From Macrostomum lignano (taxonomy: Eukaryota), in contig NIVC01003761.1 of assembly GCA_002269645.1 (NCBI GenBank), positions 14,191 through 78,190 of the forward strand: a DNA stretch of 64,000 nucleotides. The letters are read 5' to 3'. The notes under the pieces are model-generated. The model was not told the DNA's origin, ran no database searches, and saw only the letters and a list, made by a program, of their open reading frames with translations. This document shows positions 55,201 to 64,000 of the stretch, one piece after another (positions within the stretch are counted from its first letter, which is position 1; every line of letters starts with the position of its first letter). A program made the translations under genes and the position numbers.

Positions 55201-55544
55201 GGGTGAGAATACATGATGAGAATAGTACAAGAGTGAGGAGAATACATGATTGAGAATAGTACAAGAGTGAGGAGAATACATGACATAGTACAAGGAGTAG
55301 TTACTAGTAGCAGGAAATCGCATCAGTTTTATTTATTACAGAAATTCTAACCAAGACGCCCTAACCACACCCTATTCAGTGCAAGTGCTCAGACTACATA
55401 GCCAGACGGATCGTGATTTGCATGCGCGGCCGCAGGGGAAGCAGGAAGCCGGTACCGGAGTTCAACTGTAACTGGCACGACAAGCCCCTTGCAATGCGAT
55501 ACTGCACCGAGTCGGAGAGGTCCGAATGCAGGAGGCGTCGTTGA
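46214..55544 (+). CDS. Small secreted protein with degenerate ADAMTS-type thrombospondin-1 repeats, 7 exons, about 325 aa
   Basis: Exons 46214-46264, 46338-46457, 47700-47753, 48651-48742, 48843-48978, 49213-49572, 55380-55544; all GT-AG with consistent phases. Signal peptide MLPIISRLLLVSILTILLSIAPAHC; FDWTPGSFGPC, EWVVGNWTLCS..QNREVVC..C..RPVANRYC, RRIVIC..VPEFNC..KPLAMRYC. Confidence 0.72.
47773..48080 (-). mobile_element. tRNA-derived SINE, family 1, copy 3 (TSP1-gene intron 3)
   Basis: Full-length similarity to copy 1, including the (AAT)n tail and the GCGGTTAGAGCGTCGGACTCACGAC head. Confidence 0.88.
48071..48583. repeat. 18-bp minisatellite (TAGGCTACAACCCCTCCC)n, about 28 units, continuous with the SINE 5' end
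   Basis: Directly visible. Confidence 0.98.
49676..55285. repeat. 34-bp satellite (GAGAATAGTACAAGAGTGAG-GAGAATACATGATG)n, about 160 units, 5.6 kb, with higher-order structure (TSP1-gene intron 6)
   Basis: Directly visible. Rare variants recur about 1.79 kb apart (CATGTACAT at 50339 and 52132; GATAGCGAAT near 51195 and 52986). Confidence 0.98.
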
Positions 55545-58448
55545 GCTGTTATGAGTTCTACAAACTATTTTTAACTAACATTAAAATCAGCAACCGTCAA
55601 ACGTATAAATTCATTGGCCAGTTGAATCAGAAGACACTAAAAAATTGTGCAAAGTTCACTAGAGACCGATTTTTGCTGAAAAACGTATCAGCAAAATGCG
55701 TAGTTTTTTTTAGCAAAAAGGATCGCAAAATATACTACAGATAGCACAGTATATCCTGCTACCCAGCTTGTCTATGATAAAACCCAATTAACGCTTTTGG
55801 CTAGTGTCAGTCATTCATCGATCAGTCAATGGGATTTTACTATGCACGAGTTGCGAGTGTGGCGTCTTCTACTTCAGCTGTCAAATGCCTAAAATTAACA
55901 CAATAAAACTGACATCTCCTGAACTTGAAGTGATTATCAAAATTTAAGTTATGTGAAGGCGTATTTTTAATTTTTCTGCCTAATATCGATATACCTTTCT
56001 ACCGCTCTAACTTTTATTTTTCAACAAATCCGAATTTCTATTTTGTCCCATTATACATTTACAGATCTTTATATATTGCACTACTATCTATCAATAGTGT
56101 GTAGAATATTGCTAAATATAGTCGCCATACTACACACAAAAACTCTTTACACTACTACAGTAAAATAAGTAGTAAGCATAGTGCTTTTACTAGAAGCTTT
56201 TAGTAGTTTGGGTTCAAAACATTAACCATTAAATGGTCCCAAGAAGTAACTGAATTTTTTAAGTGTCTTTCTTCCTTGTTCTCCCGGCCTTCAACAATAT
56301 CTTTTCTGTTTGCAGAGTTGGCTTGTCTGCCCGGGATTTCAGGCGAACCAATTTAGACGGCCTTGTCCACTTCTGTCTTTTTCTGACTTTCGCTCTCAGC
56401 CAGAAACTTCAATTGGCACTAACTAATGGATTTTATTCTTTTCTAACTCTCTTACCTTGTGTTTGGCCTCCAACTTAATTCTGTCTTCTCAAGGAGAATT
56501 GGAGGTTCTGCATTAGCAATGCACGGCTTATTAACAGTGACTATAGCTTTTTGCAGTCAGTTTGAGCTTGGGAGCAGTTGACTTAATCCGGAGTGGAAGA
56601 ACGATACGCTCAAGACATTCTCAGCCAACCATCCCTGCTATGGAAGGGCTTTGGCTCATAGACTATCTCCCTGTGACAATCAAGCCATCCATCATAATTT
56701 CATCAGTTCATTTTCCATTCATATCCGACCATCTGTTCATTTATGGTGCAACTAAGACCTACTTCTGACTTGGACTTCGGATCGAACGGTGAAACTGGTG
56801 CGGCTGCTGATTCAATTTGTGCTTGGCTTGCAACAATATTTACATGTAAATTCTTTACTACAATCTAAACGTTAGCACCCGACAAGCCGTATACTGTGTA
56901 CACTTAGTTCCCCATGCACTTTGCATGCATTCTGATTCCCGTCACTCAAGTACTAGTGCTAAAAACCGTCCCCTAGACCGACTGGGTTGGCACGTCTGGC
57001 CGAGAACAGCCATTCTTAAAACACAACGCTCAACTCATTAATGATGATTGCTGAGCACAGCACTCATTTGTGAGCTGCCTGTTTCTCATCATCACTTACC
57101 TACTACCTAGCTTCGTCTCTGTATTCTCTTAACACTGCAGCGTCGTTGCGTGTGATCATTCGTTAAGGATGCTTGACTAACAACAACCAGTAGTGAATTA
57201 ATTATGCCGACTGTGCAAGCTGGTGGGGTCTTAAGCTTTAAGGGTAACCGCTTGCTATGGCGATTGTATTTTTCTACCTCTCTGCATGTCTAAGGGCTGC
57301 TGATGGCTGCTTCAAATAACAAAACCAACTGAATCATTGGTCATTGAGCAAACCAGGGATTCTATAACAATTGACTAAACCTTACCCTAACCCTTACTCT
57401 AATCCTAATCCAAACCAAACCTAATCTAAAAAAGGGTGATGCAAAGCCTCTTAACTTGCGTGCTAACCTCAGTTAACTCAGCTTAACCAACAGCGAATTC
57501 GCTAGCCAAACTGATTAGCAACCCCTGACATTTAAAGTACATGTGCTACTGTTTCAGGATTAAAAGCGGCATTTTATCATTGGAATTTTACCAGAAAATG
57601 TCATTTGGTATATTCTATACAATATCTTTCTGAAATCGAAGAATTTTAGAAGCCATGTCGGCAGTTGCTTTGCGTCACACCTTGCATTAGCTGCAGTAGC
57701 CGCCACTTTCAAAAACGTGTTAAAGCTCTTTGTTAAAACATTCAGCTTATTGCCAAAAAGTGTTTGAAAGGCACACCTTTAGAATTTTTGCTTGAAAATA
57801 TTTGAGTGATTTATGAGTGAATGACAATTCCAGCCCAAAGTGAAAATTGCGGTAAATGCTAGAAATGGCCCATTGTTGTCGATGGGTAATAACAGGTTTC
57901 GGCTAATGGCACCACAATAAAATTTTAACCACTTTTAACCACTTTGTCAGTTAACGCCAAAAAACTGCATTTTTCAGCCTAAAGGGATAGATAGGCTTAA
58001 ATGATCTTAATGATCGTGAAGATCGCAAAAGTTCAGTTCTGCGAGAAAATTGAATTTTCGGACTCCCAACTGTTTTCGAGGCCGAATTTATTTCACAAAA
58101 TATATAACGATAAAAAGTTGACACACTCTGATGAATGATGACTTTGCGATGCGTAACTGAATGTCCGTCAATGTTAGAGCTGGATGAGCGCATGCATAAA
58201 TTATTATTGTGCGAGTGGAAATCGGGTGACCTACCAGGAAGCGCAATAACCCATTTTTGTTACGGTACAAACGCATTCATACTGCATTTGCAATCGGACT
58301 AGATGGTATATGAGAAAAAGAACAAATCTTACAAAAGATACGGTCGTTATTACTGGGCACGGAGAGGAAAGTTTTCAAGACTAAAGGGCCTCGATTTCTT
58401 CAGCTTGTGAAAAATATAAATTCCAAACAAATCCAGAGGTTAAAAAGG

Positions 58449-60839
58449 CTAGGGATAGTGGCACGGCACCGGAGCTGCCGTCCAGTGATGCCTGGAGCCT
58501 TGCGGACACTGGAACACCCTGGCAAATTCCGTCTGGCGCTGGAGTGCCGCGTTGAGCAGCAGACGGCTGTCCGCTGATTGACTTGCGTCAGTCGAGCACT
58601 GCGTCTGGGCCCAGTTCAGGAAGAACAGACGCAGTCGTTTGTCAACCTCGGGACCGCCACTTAAAAAACTGTCGACTCCAAGACTTCGTCGGAATAGTAC
58701 CAGAGACACGGACAGCGACACGTGCTTAGCAACGAGCGTTTCAATTAGTTTCGTGTTTGGCTTGTCACCAGGCAGCTGTTTTGCAAAGCACTCGAATGAC
58801 TTTGTGAGCAGGTGCTCACTTGCTGACGAAAATAAGTCCTTACGGTGCTTCGGGGAGATGCTCCAGTACAGAACTTCCGCTACGGAGGCGCCCAAGTAGG
58901 AGTACATCAGCTCCTCTGGGTAGGCAAGGTGAAACAGCGGTGGATTGATTGAACTGAACGGCAGCCAGAGGTCGCTGCTGTTCGTGAGGCAAACGCAGGC
59001 TGAGAAAGACTCGCGGAGTTCCTTGCACGGCTCTGGCTGGCATGGCTTGTCGGCTTGGTCAGACATCTGCAGGTACAGCTGTTCTAGGCGCCTGTTTAAA
59101 TGCCTGCTGCTTTGAAATTCGTGTCGCAGCACGCTCAGATCGGCATTGCCTGATGAGTCAATCATGGGGTGAATACGGTCAAGGCGGTTAGCCATCGACT
59201 GACGCGTGTGAGGGCTGATTTTCTGCGCGTCTTGCACTCGTCTCGTCAGCTCGTTGCGTGCCCTGTGAAGCCGTAGGGTTGGTGAGTGAAATTGTAAAGT
59301 CAGCTTGTAATTGCAGTCAGCTTGGAAAAAAATTACGAACTAAAAAGAAGCCTTTTTCATAGAAAGACATCGTTGTTCCATTCGGACTCAAATTCATCTC
59401 CGTATGTGACTGAATGTGCACATGCGTACATCTGTGCTATGCCCTTGAACTATTCTAAGCTCGTATAAAATGTGTACTTTGTACTATTCTGCGCCCAGTT
59501 CCTCAAGCCAAACTTACGAGTTGAACAATTTCACTAGGACAGCATGAACACCAGTGGCGTTGAAACTGCGATACCGAAGCAACGACTTCACCGACTCTGG
59601 CGCGGCCACTTGCAACGACGCGACGCACAGGTCGTCACTGTTCTCGACGCCAACCTCCAGTCGAATTTGGCAGCGGCGAAATGCGCCAGTCAGCTGTTGG
59701 CCCTCCGTTGACAGAAGCTGTTCAGCTTGAACGGCTCCTAGACCGTCAAAATCACCGTTTAATCGACGACGCACAGTCTGGGCTATCAAGGCTGACGTTA
59801 GCTCGATGATGTTCGTGGGACGATTGTATTGTTGCTGCCGGCTTGTCAGTGCCATCGGCCAGTGGAGCGTCTCACTTGCATAGCGATCAAAGTGTCCGCA
59901 TGCGTAGCTGTAGAAATCTTCGCACGGGTGCGTGTGATTGTTCACTAGTCCGATAAGCCGACGATCCAACTGACGTAGAATTTCTGAGAGTTCCGTTTCG
60001 ACTGGATCCAGCGTTGGCGAAGGCGCCGTTGTTGAAACGGCTGTCGCAGGCATTGTTGGTGGCACCCGCGAAGACGATCCTGCCGCTTCAACGAGAGCTG
60101 GAGTAGCCGTTGCGTCAGATTCGGTTGGCCCAGCGGCTAAGAACGCAGAGTGCGCTTGGCTGCGAAGGTGAAGTCCCAGAAAGACTCCGCCAACGGTCAG
60201 CAAAGGGGACACGGCGCAGAGGCAGAGGCTCATCAATAGCAGTGGACAGCAACAGCCTTTGCGACGACCGCCAGTGCCGTTGCTGCTTCTCTCCGGCCGC
60301 CGTCGGCGATTTTGTCGAACGCATGCGTCGTCCTGACGTCGTCTCTCCAGTCTAATGGTCGAAGCCGTGGCCGCGGCTAGTTCGTTCGGCATTGAAGCTC
60401 CCAGACCAGTCAGGGGATTCGCTTGTCCCTGGCTCATAGGTTCCCATTCCCAGCACTGCTGGCCCGGCGGCAACCGGCGTGGGAAACTCTGCCCTCGGTA
60501 CTCGCGCTGAAGGCTGTGCATCCTCATCTGCGGATGAAACGGCCAGCCACCAAAATTATCGTCATCTTCGTCAATGTGATTCTGCAAGACTGGCGCCCCC
60601 TGCTGCTGCTGCATTAGCTCAAACATCGGCTCGGGTTGGACTGTCTCTTGAGGCGGCGGAGGCAGCGGCAGCGGCTGTAGACTGTTGCCGTGGTAGTGAC
60701 AGCGGTGCCTGGACCGGCAGCGAGCTTTGTCGGTGAATGCGTAGGGCGAGCCTCTAGCCTGGTTCTGGATCACTAAGGTCGGTGCGCAGGCCCGGCTGTG
60801 GGACTGGGAAATTCCCAGGTGAAGAAGGCGGATGTTCAT
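58449..60839 (-). CDS. Neprilysin/M13-family type II membrane protein lacking the HExxH zinc motif, 2 exons, about 711 aa; start uncertain
   Basis: Exons 60839-59518 and 59262-58449 (TC|GTAAGT..TCACAG|G). TM segment; HPCEDFYSYACGHF; NSSDLWLPFSSINPPLF; LFFLNWAQTQC; EFARVFQCPQGS. Confidence 0.85.
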
Positions 60840-63128
60840 CTCAAAATTGATGATAAAATTTGTTGCATAAGATCGAGTTTCATTGCCTCAAAATGCTTTG
60901 AAACCGAAAAATCATAATGTTTCTTCCGAAAACGATCACTGTAGCCAAATAGCTCTTTGGATAGAAAAGGTTCCTGAAGATGGACTAAATGAAGAAGACT
61001 CGAGGCAAGGTTAGGTAGAAAAAACGTCGCGAATAAACGAGAGCAAATGAAGAAGTGAGAGAGACAGAAAACTGTTAAGACAAAGAAAACATGGAAAATG
61101 GAATGACAGCTTGGGTTGACTGTGACAGAGCACTTCAGCTGAGCCATTTTGGTCTAGCTGGAGTTGAGACTGGGACTCTTTCGTCCGTAAGATAATGTTT
61201 GTCAGTCAGGTAGAATGAATGAATGCCCATAGGAAAAAGCTGACTGACTTGCTGCACTACAACTTTGCTGCTTTTTCCCCACTAATTTTTGCTAAATTTT
61301 TTCTACTTGGGAGTTGGGATTGTGGGCTCCCATCAGGGATGTTGAGCCGATGTCCTACCTCCACTTTAGGCTGTGGAAGGAGGGGAAAGCATTTTAAAGC
61401 TGCCAGGGCCATTGCTGACTGGGCCAATGAATATTTAACCAGACTATTGAATCGGTCTTTCTCAACAAGAGAAGCCAGATGATGGTAGCCTGTCGCTGAG
61501 AAGTCTCTACTGTGCCTACAAAGCGAGAGTGAGCGGGGGACGCCTGATGAGCTAGAAGAGCCAAGCTAGAATAGAAACTCGCGCTTAAAAACCAGTAAAG
61601 CACATGGCAGTCATATTGGAACTACCAAACAGGTCTCAAATCATGCTTTGACACTGCGCTCTTGCGTCAGGCAGAACATGCTTTAGTTGATTGTTGCAGT
61701 GTGCTTTTCTTCTTGGTGTAAAAAGTTGTGCAATTTGACGTCAGTAAATGGCAGTACATTCCAGTATGCAGAGTGTATAGATGTGCTAGGAACTTCCTGG
61801 TATAGAGGACAGTATTGCTAGTTCTACAGACTGATAGACTGTTGCAGTGTGCAGGTGCCAATGAAGCCGTAAGTGCGTTTTGCCAATGCAACGCAGGCAA
61901 AACTTCAAATACAGATAATTTTACAAATAACGTTTCATTCAAACCGCCATGAAATGAGGCACCAAATGGAACAACCGATGTAAAAATGCTATGGAAATTT
62001 TTGCGCAAGCCGGATTATTACGTAAACATTGGCTTCATTTTATGGCGGTGAGAATTAGCCTGATTAGCAAGCAAAATACTTCGTAGTTAAAAAAAGTGTG
62101 CAGCTGAGCTTTTGAAGAGCATCGGCGTCCAACACGCGTATCTCGTGCATAATTATGTAGATACGATCTAATATTACCTGGGAGTAAAACTCCTGAGCAC
62201 GAGAAATACGGGCCCGACGTACTGTTGAATACAGGGTACTGGTGGCTGACAGCCTTTCTGTACTGTCAAACACCTGCGATAGGGGTCGATGAAAAGAGAG
62301 TAAATGACGGTTGCGAATTCGTTCTCAAAATATAAGCATTCGGTCTATCCAATGAAGAGTCCTTAAGCCGCAGGCTTGAAGAGGTCGAAATGCAGCGGGC
62401 GAAATATTGAGAAGGTAAGACAGTGGAACGGCGTGATTAGCTAAAACTAGTAGAAAATGCTGACTTGCAACAGAGCTAAAGCAGGCTAATGATGATGATA
62501 ATTCTGACGGGCCGACCGACCTACGGAGGTGCGGATTAGAGCCGCGGATAAGGGCTAATCAGACCATAAATTTGAGAGATGAGCAGGGGCCCCGGGACGT
62601 GTCCGCTCCAGTTCAAGGACGCTGCAGGCCGATGCACTGCAGTTTCAATCTGAAGAGTGAAATCCCTGCAATACCCTGAGCACGGATTTCGGCTGCAGCC
62701 ACCGTTCCCCGTCTCTGGTTGATATTATTCAAACTGAAAGCTCAAACTCAATGGTCCACTGTCACAGCAAATCAGCCTTGGGGAAGACCTGCCAGTCAAA
62801 ATAAAAGCGGCTAGATTCCACTCTGTTCAATGGACATTAGATATTTCCAGCTGAAAAAATGAGATTTTGTACACAATGGGCTTTTAAATTTTCCAGATGC
62901 TCCCATTATTTTTTTTTCAAAAATGATGTTGCAACTCAAAATGAGGAGCTCGATAAGTGCGTCAAGTCTGCTCGACTCCGATGGATCTGTTGGAAATTTT
63001 CATTTGCTGGGGTAAACGATTTGTTCAAAGGATTTTTTTCTAAAATCTATGCAATATTAATTATAAACATTCAGGACCAAACAGTTAAGAGTTGAAAAAT
63101 CGAGAAGCTCTCTTTGAACCGGCTACTT

Positions 63129-63502
63129 GGGGGGCCGTAGCCTAGTCGTCTAGCGCGGCGCTCTGATGTTCCAGCGGTCCAGGCTTGATTCCAAGTGCGG
63201 TCACATTATAATTGGTGCTAAATTTAAATCTCGGTTTGGGTCTGCTCGTGCAGTTAAAGTCCTTGAGGGTCAACTCCTGGTGCCTATGGTGTTTAACGAT
63301 AAATAAGGTTAGAGCCGCTGTACACTCCTCCTTGAGTGTGTGCCTGTGCGGGGGTCAGCGGAATGGACAGTAATGTCTATCGCCAGTTGTGTGACAATGT
63401 TGCCTAACGTACGCAAGGGTGCACACCCTGACTCTAATAAAACAACCTGTCGCATAACCATATACCAGCCGGCGTACCTAATACCTAAACTAAACTAAAC
63501 CT
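63129..63502 (+). mobile_element. tRNA-derived SINE, family 2
   Basis: Head GGGGGGCCGTAGCCTAGTCGTCTAGCGC (A-box-like), degenerate B-box GGCTTGATTCC, body shared with 33515-33612, (CTAAA)n tail. Confidence 0.62.
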
Positions 63503-64000
63503 TGGCAATGTCCTTCGATCAGTTTGTATGCGCGCTTATGTCACTGCTGGCAATGCTTGAATCTCGGACTGCTTCATTGCAGTCTATAGAAAGTTAGTCC
63601 GTAAGGTAAGCCTCCTGTTAAGAGCAGCTCTACATTTAATTAACGCGTTCGAGTCCGAATTAAACATTGCAAAAAGTCAGGGAAACGCATCGTGAGATCA
63701 AATCGTGCCGATACAGCCGAGTGAAAAGTGAAATGCAGAAATAGAAAATGGATTCGAGCTATAGACGGAGCAAAGCAGTCTCGCACGAGTGCGTATAGAG
63801 ATAGAGAGATCCTTAATTAATTGGGCTGCTTTGGGGCCAGAGGCGCAAGCAATCCAATTGACGCTGGTGCTTCGACCGGCGTTCGTTCCCAGCATTTCGA
63901 CTCCGAGCGCGAGGCCACTTGCTGCACTCTCTTTCCAGCTCGATCCCACTCGACTCCCGTCCCACCCCCAGTCGTATCAATCAACGGCCCGACGCTCTGT

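Noticed and set aside
49498-55323. 1885-1941 aa ORFs on the - strand
   Set aside because: They are translations of the 34-bp satellite, open in all three frames because that strand lacks stops. The interval is an intron of a + strand gene.
61200-64000. Exon-like segments on the - strand (e.g. 62273-62178, about 61515-61370) and a GC-rich window edge
   Set aside because: I could not assemble a phase-consistent model or recognise any homology.

Overview
Eukaryotic (invertebrate animal) genomic DNA with GT-AG introns. The density of minisatellites resembles the flatworm Macrostomum, but this is inference and cannot be confirmed here. I reconstructed nine protein-coding genes by hand, with consistent splice phases: an intronless DEG/ENaC channel, a lectin-less GalNAc-transferase, an Eco1/ESCO acetyltransferase, CCDC102, a FREM1-like matrix protein, a bacterial-type DenD-like SDR dehydrogenase with two introns, an acidic repeat protein, a secreted TSP1-repeat protein and a catalytically dead neprilysin-like protein. 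The window also holds the 5' half of an R1/LOA-type LINE, two tRNA-derived SINE families, several MITE/foldback elements and about 20 tandem arrays (roughly 17 kb, about a quarter of the window). Most long ORFs in the ORF track are translations of these arrays. The most striking pattern is that arrays appear to be born in place from local sequence and mostly sit inside introns. One is an amplification of the ESCO gene's last codons and stop, one is the head of an adjacent SINE, and one fills an in-frame candidate intron (exitron) in the ESCO catalytic domain. Another array is about 35 tandem AG|GT recursive-splice-like sites. The intron-containing denD-like gene is a horizontal-transfer candidate.
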